A stretch of 64,000 nucleotides of DNA from an uncultured Verrucomicrobiota bacterium. Its GTDB lineage: Bacteria; Verrucomicrobiota; Verrucomicrobiia; Limisphaerales; CAIMTB01. The notes under the pieces are model-generated. The model made no database searches, was not told where the DNA came from, and saw nothing but the letters and a program-made list of their open reading frames with translations. The translations under genes and the position numbers were made by a program. Within the stretch, counting starts at the first letter, position 1, and each line of letters starts with the position of its first letter. Shown piece after piece: positions 40,573 to 50,132 of this stretch. The DNA is taken from positions 28,179-92,178 of the forward strand of contig CALNYA010000048.1 in NCBI GenBank assembly GCA_942490575.1, read 5' to 3'.

Positions 40573-43500
40573 TCAGTCGACGAAAATGAACTCCTTGGCG
40601 TTCAGGAGGGCGTGGCAGAGGCCGGCCCAGGCTGCGCGCGGTTCCTCCGACGGCTTGGAGAGCTGGTCCCTGAGGTAGTTGGAGGCGATCTGGAGTTCGG
40701 AGTCGGACGGCGGCCGGGCGAATGCCTGGACCATCAGGTGGCGGATGCGCCGCGCATCGGGTCCCTCCACCTCCCGAAGGACCCTGTCGGCCCAACGTTC
40801 GGCCTCGGCTGAGACCAGGGGATCATTCATCAGGGAAAGCGCTTGGGCGGGAACGTTCGACACCGACCTTCGCCCCACGGTGGTGGCTGGGACGGGTTGA
40901 TCGAAGGCGAGCATGAAGGGCGAGAGAAAGTTTCGGCGAACTTCGAGATAGAGGCTGCGTCGTCCGTCGCCATCGAGCGGACCGCTTTTTCCCGGTCGGC
41001 CTCGGCCCTCCATGAACTCGGTCAGGTGGATTGGGACGGGCGGGCCGCCAATCCTGGGATCGAGACGTCCGGAGACTGCGAGGACGGCGTCGCGGATGCT
41101 CTCGGCGTCGAGGCGCCGGATGTTGGCCCTGTGGAAAAGGAGGTTGTCGGGATCCTTGAGGAGGGAGGCGTCGGGATCGGAGGCGAAACTGGACATTTGC
41201 CAGGCCTCCGTGAGGAGGAGTTCCCGGAGGAAGGGTTTCGGGGCGCGGCCCAGGCGCCGGAATTCGGTGGCCAGCCAGTCCAGGAGGTCCGGATGGGAGG
41301 GGGCTTCGCCAAGGGCTCCGAAGTTGTCGACCGACGCGACCAGGCCTCGGCCGAAGAGATGACTCCAGGCCCAGTTCACGAAGACGCGGTCGAAGAGCGG
41401 ATTGTCCTCCGCGGTGATGCCGTGGGCCAGAGCCAGTCTGCCCGACCCGACGCCGTTGGAGGCCGGCATCGGGGTCTGTTCATCGGAGAGGGCTTCCAGG
41501 AACCGCCGGGGAACGATTGGGCCGGGTGTCCGATGATTGCCGCGGATGAAGACGGATTCATCGACCCCGGTGCCGTCGGCCATGGTGGTGGCGAGGACGG
41601 GTGGTTGGACCTTGGCGTCGAGGTGGCGCAGGGGAGCGGTCACGGCGGCTGTGAGGTTGGAACGGGCATGGACGAGGAAACCATCGAGCCATGCGGCTTC
41701 CGCGGACGACAGGCTGGCCGGTTGGGTGACCCAGCGCTCGAGCAGCGGTTGGGGCGCGACGAGGGAGGAGTCCTCCTGGTCCCGCAAGGGCGGGGGTTCC
41801 CTATGCGACGACAGGACGACATCACCGACCGCGATCCAGCCGTCCGGTTTTCGGGATTCGCCGGGAAGGCCGGACGCGGGGTCGCCTTCGGTAAGATCGG
41901 CGAAATCGATCCAGGTTCGACGTCCCTTCCACTGGCTGACGTCCAAGGTGACCCAATGGGGATCCGGGTTCCGGACGGTTTGGCGGAGGCTTCCGTAGAT
42001 GGGCGCGCAGAGCAGGGGGAAGCCTTCGAGGCAGACGCCGAACCGCGACCCGGATCCAGCGATCCGAAGGTGCAGGAATTCGCGGTCGAGGGTGAACGTC
42101 GGAGTCCTCAGGGAGCCCTGGAATCGAAGCCCCAGCGCGCCGCTATGCCGCCATCCGGGTTGCGCGATGCGGAGGTCGTGTTCCCCCAAAACGATGGGAA
42201 GTCCCGGAGCGCCGGCGTCGGGCAGGAAGGCGTCGCCGTCGGCGAACCAGCCGGCGTCGTCGAGGCGCGCGTCTTCGGGTCGGAGCGCGAGCGGGCCGAG
42301 ATGGAGTGTTGGCCGGACGGGCGGAGCTGGGTCTTCGACGAGCGTCCGGAGAAGGGATGGCGTGATCCGGGCGGGCAGACCGGAACGGAGCGCTCGCAGT
42401 TCGGCGGCCACGGCGAGGCGAGGGGCGGGGTCGTCGACCGCGCGGAACCCGTGGCGCGAGCTGCCCAGGATTCCCAGGAGGGCGTAGTAATCCTTCGTGG
42501 AAATGGCGTCGAACTTGTGGTCATGGCAGCGGGCGCAGGCGACGGTCAGCCCGAGGAACGCCTTCGACACGACGTCGATCTGGTTGTCCACGGTTTCGGC
42601 CTGTTGAGCGCGGACATCGACGGGGGAATGGACCTGCTGGCAGAGCCAGTACTGGGCGGTGGCGAGGCGGGATTCGTCGGTGCCGTCGGCGGGATTCCTT
42701 CGGGGTTCGGGGAGTCGGTCGCCGGCTATTTGTTCCAGCGCGAACGTGTCCCACGGAAGGTCCTGATTGAAGGCGCGGACGACATAGTCCCGGTAGCGCC
42801 AGGCGCCGAGGATGGGGTGATCGAATTCGTGCCCCATGGTTTCGGCGTAGCGCACCTTGTCGAGCCAGTGGCGGGCCCAGTGTTCTCCGAAGTGCGGCGA
42901 GTCGAGGAGGCGATCGACAACGGTCGCCCAGGCTTCGGCTTCCGGGCGCGGATCGGCGACGTACGCTTCCACCTCCGCGGGTGTGGGCGGGAGTCCGGTG
43001 AGCGTCGCATGGGCCCGGCGCAGGAGGGTGGGGCGTCCGGCGCGGGGGGCGGGTTGGAGTTGGGCGGTTTCGAGGCGGGCGAGAAGGAAATGGTCGACCG
43101 CGGATTTGGGCCAACTCGAATCCCGGACTTGGGGAAGCTCCGGGTGTCGGACCGGTTGCCACGCCCAATGACGGGCGCGGCGCCCCTCCAGATCAAAGCC
43201 ACGGGCCGAGGCGTCGGCGACCGGCGGTTCGGCGGACGATCGGCTGGTGGTGGGCCATGCGACGCCCCGACGGATCCACTGGCGGAAGTCCTCGACCACC
43301 GAGGCCGGGAGCCGGGTCTTGGGAGGCATCTGAAGGTCTGGATCGTCGTAGGCGATGGCGCGGATCAAATGGCTCTGGGACGGGTCGCCCGGGACGACGG
43401 CGGGTCCCGTGTCGCCGCCCAGGAGGAGTGTTTCACGGCCGTCGACGCGCAGACCGGCCTTGAGCTTTTCGGCCCGTGCGCTGTGGCAGGAGTAACACTG

Positions 43501-43674
43501 ATCGGCGAGGACCGGGCGGATGCGCTTCTCGAAGAACTCGATCTCCCCGGGGGAAGCGGCGGGAGTCGTGGGTGCGGCGGGACGAGGGGCGGCGGAGGCG
43601 CAAACGCCGCTCCAGGCCATCAGGGCCACGGCGAGTCTGGAGCCGGCGATGAGGGATCGGAACGACGCGGTCAT
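40573..43674 (-). CDS. PSCyt1/PSCyt2(DUF1549)/PSD1(DUF1553) planctomycete-type cytochrome-domain protein
   Basis: Start at ATG 43674 (MTASFRSLIAG), with a signal peptide. Heme motif CYSCHS lies near the N-terminus and CARCHDHKFD mid-protein. The C-terminus is DUF1553-like. It is paired with the downstream DUF1501 gene, as is usual in PVC genomes. Confidence 0.9.
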   Translation of the reverse strand: MTASFRSLIAGSRLAVALMAWSGVCASAAPRPAAPTTPAASPGEIEFFEKRIRPVLADQCYSCHSARAEKLKAGLRVDGRETLLLGGDTGPAVVPGDPSQSHLIRAIAYDDPDLQMPPKTRLPASVVEDFRQWIRRGVAWPTTSRSSAEPPVADASARGFDLEGRRARHWAWQPVRHPELPQVRDSSWPKSAVDHFLLARLETAQLQPAPRAGRPTLLRRAHATLTGLPPTPAEVEAYVADPRPEAEAWATVVDRLLDSPHFGEHWARHWLDKVRYAETMGHEFDHPILGAWRYRDYVVRAFNQDLPWDTFALEQIAGDRLPEPRRNPADGTDESRLATAQYWLCQQVHSPVDVRAQQAETVDNQIDVVSKAFLGLTVACARCHDHKFDAISTKDYYALLGILGSSRHGFRAVDDPAPRLAVAAELRALRSGLPARITPSLLRTLVEDPAPPVRPTLHLGPLALRPEDARLDDAGWFADGDAFLPDAGAPGLPIVLGEHDLRIAQPGWRHSGALGLRFQGSLRTPTFTLDREFLHLRIAGSGSRFGVCLEGFPLLCAPIYGSLRQTVRNPDPHWVTLDVSQWKGRRTWIDFADLTEGDPASGLPGESRKPDGWIAVGDVVLSSHREPPPLRDQEDSSLVAPQPLLERWVTQPASLSSAEAAWLDGFLVHARSNLTAAVTAPLRHLDAKVQPPVLATTMADGTGVDESVFIRGNHRTPGPIVPRRFLEALSDEQTPMPASNGVGSGRLALAHGITAEDNPLFDRVFVNWAWSHLFGRGLVASVDNFGALGEAPSHPDLLDWLATEFRRLGRAPKPFLRELLLTEAWQMSSFASDPDASLLKDPDNLLFHRANIRRLDAESIRDAVLAVSGRLDPRIGGPPVPIHLTEFMEGRGRPGKSGPLDGDGRRSLYLEVRRNFLSPFMLAFDQPVPATTVGRRSVSNVPAQALSLMNDPLVSAEAERWADRVLREVEGPDARRIRHLMVQAFARPPSDSELQIASNYLRDQLSKPSEEPRAAWAGLCHALLNAKEFIFVD

Positions 43675-43750
43675 GACGCTGCACCAAAGTGGGACACGAA
43701 CGGCGGATGTCGAGTCTCGGAACCGGTGACCACCCGCCCGGTCGGCGGTG

Positions 43751-45191
43751 TCAACGGAAGCGAATCGAGTACAAATCCGCATCCTTGAGCGTCACGCGCA
43801 GGCGGATGGGCCCGCCGGCGAGGGGGCCCAGGTCGTGGTCGGACTTCCAGCGGACACGCCGTTCGATTTCGTCGCCGACCTGTTCGATCGCATTGGGTCC
43901 GCTGTAATCCGGGAGCGCCTTGCCGGATGCGTCGAGGACTTCAACGAGGATGCCTCCGGCGGCGCCGGTGGCGAAGTTGACGATCAAATCGCGGCCTTCG
44001 AAGCGGAACGGTCGGGTCACCATTGAGCCGCCGGCGAAGGAGCCGTGGACGGACGCGAAACCGTCGGTGCGCAGGGTGTGGCGGACGAGGTGGCAATCGG
44101 GTTGGGCGTAATGAGCCTGTTTGTAGAGGGACATCTCGGCGGGTCCGGTGGGAACGATGCCCAAGGCGGAAAGGCCGGCGCGGGACGCCCAGTTGCCGAG
44201 GTCGGGCCCCGGGCGGATGAACCCTTCGAGGAAGGTCCGGTCGTACACGCCGCCGCGGGAGGTCATGAACACCGTTTCCGCGACGTCGCCCGCGTAGTTC
44301 GGATTCACGCCCAGCGTCCGGGCCTGTTCCGGGCTGAGGACACGCCGGCCGGGAAGGAAGCGCATCGGGGTGGCCACGTAGATGTGGGGTGCCCGGAAAT
44401 AGGGATGGGTCTGGCTCGTGTACAGATGCTCGATGGCGGTGTCCCCGAAGCTCATGGGAACCGGGGCCGACCAGTCGGCGAAGTTGGTGGACGTGCAGCG
44501 GCTGATAGTCCGGAAGCCCGCGAAACCGCCACCGGTCCAGGTGCGGAAATAGAGGGCGTAGACCTGCTCGGACTCGGACCAAAAGGCGACGTTCTGGGAA
44601 TCGAAGGCGCCTTGGGTGATCAGCGGTTTGTCGCGCCAGGCGCGCCACCGGATGCCGTCGCCGGACACGAACGCGTGCAGGCCCGAGGCGGAGGTTCCGG
44701 CCAGGGCTTTGAACCGTTCGTCGGCGGAGACACCGGGACGTGTGTCGAGGAATGGGGCGAAGTTGTGCGAGAACGGAGCACGGTCGGCGAGGAATGACGT
44801 TGTTGTCGCGCGTGCCGTGGATTTCGTGCAGGCCCAGATTCGGTTTGGACCAGGTGATTCCGTCGCGGCTTTCCGCGTAGCAGGTGACCTCGTTGGCGGA
44901 GCCGTCGGCGCCGGCGACCGGCAGGCCCCGGTAATACATGGCGTAGCGATCCCCATCCTGAAGGACGGTGACATACCCGCTGAAGGGACCTTCCCACGGT
45001 TTGTCGAAGCGGAGGGCGACCCCGGCTCGCGCCGGAATGTGGAGTCGGAGCGAAGCGCCTCCTTCGAAGCGGTCGATGAGCCGGTGGTCGGTGAAGAGTT
45101 CGAGTCGGCGGCCGAGCTCGATCGGTGTGTCGGCGACGGCGGGGGCCCCGGTGAGAGCGAGCAGTACGAGAGCAAGCGAACGGCGGATCAC
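43751..45191 (-). pseudogene. Secreted beta-propeller glycoside-hydrolase-like protein with C-terminal beta-sandwich, one frameshift near 44795
   Basis: ORF 43941..45227 is coherent to ...LHEIHGTRDNNVI. ORF 43751..45175 continues LADRAPFSHNFAPFLD... to the stop. The probable start is GTG 45191 (VIRRSLALVLLALTGAPAVA), which forms a GTGA overlap with the upstream FG-GAP gene. The family assignment is tentative. Confidence 0.6.
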
Positions 45192-46492
45192 GGCAATGCG
45201 AGGGGTTTGGGTTGGGCCTTTTCCCATTCGGCGCGCGTCACGGTCTTGCGTTCCTGGAGGTGGACATAGGTTCCCTTCTTGTTGCCGACCACGAGGTCCG
45301 GGAGGCCGTCCTTGTTGACGTCGCCGACCACCACCTGGGTGCCCACCCCGGAATTGGCGTCGATCAAGTGCGGCACGAAATCCACGGAACCGCCCGGGCC
45401 GCGGACGAGTCGGAACCAGTAGGCCACGGCGGCCATGTTGCGGTCGGGATCGCCGGTTCGGCCGTGGGACCAGAAGCGTTTGCCGGTCACGATGTCCTTG
45501 AGGCCGTCACCGTCCATGTCGACGAGTTCGATGGCGTGGAGTTCGGAGAACTTGACGCCGTAACGGTTCTCGGACGGCTCCTTGTTCATGAGGATGTGTT
45601 CGACCCAACGGATGTCCTTTCCGTCGCGCCGCTGTTCGTACCAGGCGAGGCCGAACGCGTGGGCGGTGAGCGCTGTGATGATGTCGTTGAGGCCGTCGCC
45701 GTTGACGTCGTAGGCGTGCATCTGGGAGCCGCCCAGGCCGAACGGCCCCGGGTGGAACGACCACTCGGGGTCGCCTTCGAGCGAGGCGGGTTGCTCCCAC
45801 CAGCCGTCCTTTTCAAGCAGATCGAGGCGGCCGTCGCCGTTGATGTCGCCGAGGCCCATGCCGTGGGTGAAGTTGCCGTACTTCTTGTTGGGCGAGATCC
45901 GATGCCACGTCCAGGGCCGGGTCGTGTCGTTCCAGTCCGGGGTGGCGTAGCCGTAGGCGCCCTGGGTGATGCAGACGAGCTCGGGTTTTCCGTCGCCGGT
46001 GAGGTCGGCGAACGTCGGTGATTCGTTGTCCGTCTGGCTGAAGACGGCGTGACGCGGCCAGTGGCCCCCCGTGGACTTCGGGTTTTCGAACCAGGCGGTT
46101 TCCTTGCCGGGGAATCCGACGATCAAAACGTCGGTCCAACCGTCACCGTTGAAGTCGCGGGGGAAGGCGAAAAAATTGTCCGAGTAGGTGTTGGCGACTC
46201 CGAGGGCGCCTTCGAAGCCGGGGACGTTGACCGAGGTGAAGGGGCCGAGCTTGAGTTGGAAGCTGGCTTTGGCCGGGTAGATTTCGTGGCGATTGGTGAA
46301 GCCGGGTCCCTGGTACCACCACGGGCCGGAGACGATGTCGTTGTGTCCGTCCCGGTCGAAGTCGGCGAAACTGGCGCCTTCGCACCAGAACTGGTCGGAG
46401 AGTTGATGTCGTTGGAAGGACAGGAGGACGGGGTCGGCGGCCTGGGCGGCGGGCGCGGCGGTCAACAGGGCGAGGAGGGCGATGGCTTTCAT
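45188..46492 (-). CDS. FG-GAP/VCBS repeat protein, secreted
   Basis: 434 aa. The signal peptide is MKAIALLALLTAAPAAQA. Seven Ca-loop-like repeats are present (ADFDRDGHNDIV, RDFNGDGWTDVLI, ADLTGDGKPELV, GDINGDGRLDLL, YDVNGDGLNDII, VDMDGDGLKDIV, GDVNKDGLPDLVV). Confidence 0.8.
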   Translation of the reverse strand: MKAIALLALLTAAPAAQAADPVLLSFQRHQLSDQFWCEGASFADFDRDGHNDIVSGPWWYQGPGFTNRHEIYPAKASFQLKLGPFTSVNVPGFEGALGVANTYSDNFFAFPRDFNGDGWTDVLIVGFPGKETAWFENPKSTGGHWPRHAVFSQTDNESPTFADLTGDGKPELVCITQGAYGYATPDWNDTTRPWTWHRISPNKKYGNFTHGMGLGDINGDGRLDLLEKDGWWEQPASLEGDPEWSFHPGPFGLGGSQMHAYDVNGDGLNDIITALTAHAFGLAWYEQRRDGKDIRWVEHILMNKEPSENRYGVKFSELHAIELVDMDGDGLKDIVTGKRFWSHGRTGDPDRNMAAVAYWFRLVRGPGGSVDFVPHLIDANSGVGTQVVVGDVNKDGLPDLVVGNKKGTYVHLQERKTVTRAEWEKAQPKPLALP

Positions 46493-46809
46493 GGGGGAGT
46501 CAACGGGGAGAACGGGTGGTCCGGTAAGGAGAACTTTCGTTGGACGGGAGAATCAACCTCGAAACGGACCGTTGGATCCCCCAAGTACCTGCCGGGTTGC
46601 GGATACGTTCGTGATATCGGTACCGGGGGTGTGGCTTCGATCACCCACCGGGCTGCCTTCCGTATTGCCATGAGATTGGCCATTCTTCCTGGGCTTGCAG
46701 TTCGCAATTGGCTCCATGGGCCGGGATCCATGTTCGCACCCCACAGGAAGAAATAAGTAGTGGGTCGCCGAAAACGTCACCCTCGATTCGCCCGCGAGAA
46801 ATCCGCGCG

Positions 46810-46830
46810 CAGCCCCGTCAGGGGCGGCCG
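46810..46830. repeat. 21-nt GC hairpin repeat (copy 1, inverted relative to copy at 49968)
   Basis: CAGCCCCGTCAGGGGCGGCCG is the exact reverse complement of 49968-49988. The core hairpin is GCCCC-GTCA-GGGGC. It lies 45 nt downstream of the clpB stop. Confidence 0.7.
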
Positions 46831-46874
46831 ATCTCCAGCCCTCCCAGGGCGGTGGCTCGCGTCGCCGGACCCGG

Positions 46875-49481
46875 TCACATTTTTTGAAACTCGAGGCTTT
46901 CTCCGTGGCCGGTGATGGCGATGCGGTCGCCGGGGCGGAATTCGCCGTCGAGCAATTTGATGGCGAGGGGATCGAGGACGAGTTCCTGGATGGCGCGTTT
47001 GAGCGGGCGGGCGCCGAACTGCGGATCGTGACCCTCGCGGGCGAGGAGCCGTCGGGCGGATTCGTCGAGGACGATCTGGAGTTGCTGTTGGGCGAGCCGC
47101 TTTTCGAGGCGTTGGAGTTGGATGTCGACGATTCGTGCCAGTTCCTTCTCGCCGAGGCTGTGGAAGACGATGATGTCGTCGAGGCGATTGAGGAATTCGG
47201 GCCGGAAATGACCGCGCAATTCGACCTGGACGAGCTTCTCGAGTTGTTCGTGTTCCGCGGGGGTGGCGTGGCCGGCGGCGGAGAATTCCTGGATCAGCGG
47301 CGACGCGATGTTGCTGGTCATGATGACGATCGCGTTTTTGAAGTCGACGGTCCGACCTTGGCCGTCGGTGAGGCGTCCGTCGTCGAGGACCTGGAGCAGC
47401 ACGTTGAAGACGTCGGGGTGGGCCTTTTCGATCTCGTCGAAGAGAAGGACGGCGTAAGGGCGGCGGCGGACGGTTTCGGTGAGCTGTCCGCCTTCCTCGT
47501 AGCCGACGTAGCCGGGCGGAGCGCCGATGAGCCGTTGGACGGAGAACTTCTCCATGTACTCCGACATGTCGATGCGGACCATCGCCTGTTCGTCGTCGAA
47601 GAGGAACTCGGCGAGGGCCCGGGCCAGCTCGGTTTTGCCGACGCCGGTGGGTCCGAGGAACATGAAGGAGCCGATGGGACGGTTGGGATCCTGGAGGCCG
47701 GACCGCGCGCGGCGGACGGCGTTGCTGACGGCGCGGATGGGCTCCGACTGGCCGATGACGCGCTGGGACAGGCGTTCCTCCATGTGGACGAGCTTGGCGC
47801 GTTCCCCTTCGAGCATTCGGGTGACGGGAATGCCGGTCCACGCGGCGACGACACTGGCGACATCCTCCTCGGTGACTTCGGTGCCCAGGAGGCGGGAACC
47901 TTCGGGGGCGGCGTTCAGGACTTTCTCGGCGTCGGCGAGCTTCTGCTGGAGACCCGGCAGGGCGCCGTACTGGATCTCGGAGGCCTTGCCGAGGTCGCCG
48001 ATGCGCTGGGCTTTTTCGAGTTCGAGTTTGGCGCGTTCGATCTCGCCGTGGGCTTTGGAGACGGCGTCGAGGGCGGCCTTTTCGTTGTGCCACTGGGCCT
48101 TGAGGCGGGACGACTGCTCCTTGAGGTTGGCGAGGTCCTTTTCGAGCTTCTTGAGCCGTTCGCGCGAGGCGTCGTCCTTCTCCTTCTTCAGCGCGGTCTG
48201 CTCGATTTCGAGCTGGAGGATCTGACGTTCCAACTGGTCGATCTCGGTGGGCAACGAGTCGAGTTCCATCCGGAGACGGGAGGCGGCCTCGTCGATGAGA
48301 TCGACGGCCTTGTCGGGGAGGAACCGGTCGCTGATGTAGCGATGGGAGAGGGTGGCGGCGGCGACGAGCGCGGCGTCCTGGATGCGGATGCCGTGGTGGA
48401 CTTCGTAGCGTTCCTTGAGGCCGCGGAGGATGGCGACGGTGGCTTCGACGCTGGGTTCGGCGACCTGAACGGGCTGGAAGCGGCGTTCGAGGGCGGGATC
48501 CTTTTCGATGTGCTTCCGGTATTCGTCGAGCGTGGTGGCTCCGATGGTTCGGAGTTCGCCCCGGGCGAGTTGGGGCTTGAGCATGTTGGCGGCGTCGGTG
48601 GCTCCCTCCGCCTTGCCGGCCCCGACGAGCGTGTGGAGTTCGTCGATGAAAAGAATGATCCTGCCCTGGCTGGACGTGATCTCCTTGAGGAACGCCTTGA
48701 GGCGATCCTCGAATTCGCCCCGGTACTTGGCCCCGGCGATCATGGCGCCGAGGTCCATGGCGATCAGCAGTTTGCCCTTGAGCGATTCCGGGACGTCGCC
48801 GGCGACGATTCGACGGGCGAGGCCTTCGGCGATCGCGGTTTTTCCGACGCCGGGTTCGCCGATGAGGACGGGGTTGTTCTTGGTGCGCCGGGTGAGGACC
48901 TGCATGACGCGGCGGATCTCGTCGTCGCGCCCGATCACGGGATCGATCTTGCCCTGGCGGGCGAGCGCGGTGAGGTCGCGCCCGTATTTTTCGAGGGTCT
49001 GAAACTTGTCCTCGGGATTCGGATCGGTGACGCGCTGGTTGCCGCGGATTTGAGCGAGCGCGGTGAGGAGGGTGTCGTGCTTGAGGTGATGCTTCTGGAA
49101 GATCCCCTTGAGGGCGGGGCCGCCATCCTTGAGGAGGGCGAGGAGGAGGTGTTCGGTGGAGACGAATTCGTCGTGAAGCTTCTTCGATTCGGACTCGGAA
49201 GTGTCGAGGGCCCGTTTGAAAGCGGGGCTTGGGAACAGGTCCGACGAACTGATCCCGGACACCTTGGGCCGGCCGGAAAGTTCGCGCTGGAGATCGTGGA
49301 TGAGGGCGGGCGTGGCGACGCCGATCTTCTGGAGGATCGGGACCACGAGTCCGTCGGCCTCCGTGACCAGCGCCAACGCGAGATGGAGCGAGTCGAGTTC
49401 CTGGTTGGAATTCTGGTAGGCGAGGTTCTGGGCCGCCTGAAGCGCCGCCTGCGCCTTGGTTGTGAAACGCTCTAAGTTCAT
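46875..49481 (-). CDS. clpB: ATP-dependent chaperone/disaggregase ClpB
   Basis: 868 aa. There are two AAA+ modules (GEPGVGKT and GPTGVGKT) with a long coiled-coil M-domain between them, plus a Clp N-domain. Confidence 0.97.
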   Translation of the reverse strand: MNLERFTTKAQAALQAAQNLAYQNSNQELDSLHLALALVTEADGLVVPILQKIGVATPALIHDLQRELSGRPKVSGISSSDLFPSPAFKRALDTSESESKKLHDEFVSTEHLLLALLKDGGPALKGIFQKHHLKHDTLLTALAQIRGNQRVTDPNPEDKFQTLEKYGRDLTALARQGKIDPVIGRDDEIRRVMQVLTRRTKNNPVLIGEPGVGKTAIAEGLARRIVAGDVPESLKGKLLIAMDLGAMIAGAKYRGEFEDRLKAFLKEITSSQGRIILFIDELHTLVGAGKAEGATDAANMLKPQLARGELRTIGATTLDEYRKHIEKDPALERRFQPVQVAEPSVEATVAILRGLKERYEVHHGIRIQDAALVAAATLSHRYISDRFLPDKAVDLIDEAASRLRMELDSLPTEIDQLERQILQLEIEQTALKKEKDDASRERLKKLEKDLANLKEQSSRLKAQWHNEKAALDAVSKAHGEIERAKLELEKAQRIGDLGKASEIQYGALPGLQQKLADAEKVLNAAPEGSRLLGTEVTEEDVASVVAAWTGIPVTRMLEGERAKLVHMEERLSQRVIGQSEPIRAVSNAVRRARSGLQDPNRPIGSFMFLGPTGVGKTELARALAEFLFDDEQAMVRIDMSEYMEKFSVQRLIGAPPGYVGYEEGGQLTETVRRRPYAVLLFDEIEKAHPDVFNVLLQVLDDGRLTDGQGRTVDFKNAIVIMTSNIASPLIQEFSAAGHATPAEHEQLEKLVQVELRGHFRPEFLNRLDDIIVFHSLGEKELARIVDIQLQRLEKRLAQQQLQIVLDESARRLLAREGHDPQFGARPLKRAIQELVLDPLAIKLLDGEFRPGDRIAITGHGESLEFQKM

Positions 49482-49570
49482 GGAAATGAGGTATCCCGGA
49501 CGGGATATCCGTCAAGTCCGGGGTTGTGGGCGGGGAACCAGGGGCGGGACCAGCCCTCCCGGAGTGGAAC

Positions 49571-49597
49571 CACGAAGCTCACGAAGACCACGAAGAA
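49571..49597. repeat. Three tandem 9-nt units CACGAAG-NN
   Basis: The sequence is CACGAAGCT CACGAAGAC CACGAAGAA. The motif and period resemble the CACGGAA/CGGAA arrays at 10444-10600. Confidence 0.6.
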
Positions 49598-49648
49598 CTT
49601 TCCAATGAAAGATCTGATGCATTGTCGGGGGCGCTCTCTATGAACCGT

Positions 49649-49716
49649 CCCTCACCCCCAGCCCCTCTCCCGTCCGACGGGAGAGGGTGGCGACGCAACG
49701 CGGCGCCGGGTGAGGG
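49649..49716. repeat. Nested-hairpin palindromic element (copy A, intergenic)
   Basis: The sequence is CCCTCACCCCCAGCCCCTCTCCCGTCCGACGGGAGAGGGTGG...CCGGGTGAGGG. The outer stem is CCCTCACCC/GGGTGAGGG and the inner stem is CTCTCCCGTC/GACGGGAGAG. A close copy lies at 52946-53005. Confidence 0.75.
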
Positions 49717-49740
49717 TTCCCTGCCTGGCCGTTCATGGTC

Positions 49741-49822
49741 CCAATTCGCGTCCAAATTTTGGAGGTTCTCCCTCTCCCCGAACCAAGGTCCGTAGGACCG
49801 GCCTGTCGATAGACCACGGCCA
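49741..49822. repeat. About 60-nt repeat unit (copy 1, carrying a 22-nt insertion), includes exact 32-mer 49776-49807
   Basis: CCCCGAACCAAGGTCCGTAGGACCGGCCTGTC at 49776-49807 is the exact reverse complement of 51936-51967. The flanks CCAATTCGCGTCC and GATAGACC also match the other copy with a few mismatches. Confidence 0.8.
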
Positions 49823-49967
49823 AGAAATGTCTGCCAAGCCCTGTAGGGGGGGGCCCAACCGATGATTCTTCCGAAATCGATCCAGGGCCATGGGAGTCTT
49901 TGACGGCCGCCCCAGGGGCCGCTCCTAACGAGCTTGAATTCATTTACGTCCGATCGTTGCTATAGAC

Positions 49968-49988
49968 CGGCCGCCCCTGACGGGGCTG
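49968..49988. repeat. 21-nt GC hairpin repeat (copy 2)
   Basis: CGGCCGCCCCTGACGGGGCTG is the exact reverse complement of 46810-46830. It lies in the repeat-dense clpB upstream region. Confidence 0.7.
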
Positions 49989-50132
49989 AAGGCCGACCTC
50001 TTGAGCTTGGATCGAAGGCGCCGCATTCGATGACCTTCCCTTTTCTTTCGAGAGTCCGTCCATCGCTTGCTCGGGGACCCGAGCCCGGAAGCCGGGGCTT
50101 GCGTGGAGGGCGGGGCTGGTAAGACTCCCGCG

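Noticed and set aside
46777-49515. Very long alternative-frame and antisense ORFs. Examples are 46777..49515 and 46884..49475 over clpB, 5939..7666, 6520..8418, 21823..23613, 25906..28026, 31915..34563, 36456..38510 and 40843..43788
   Set aside because: These are typical high-GC shadow ORFs. Their translations are Arg/Gly/Pro/Ala-rich with no recognisable motifs, and each overlaps a strongly supported gene in another frame or strand.
49482-49560. Sigma-70-like -35 (TTGACG) immediately upstream of the clpB ATG
   Set aside because: The hexamer lies only about 30 nt from the start codon, so any -10 element would overlap the initiation region. It is not a plausible promoter geometry.
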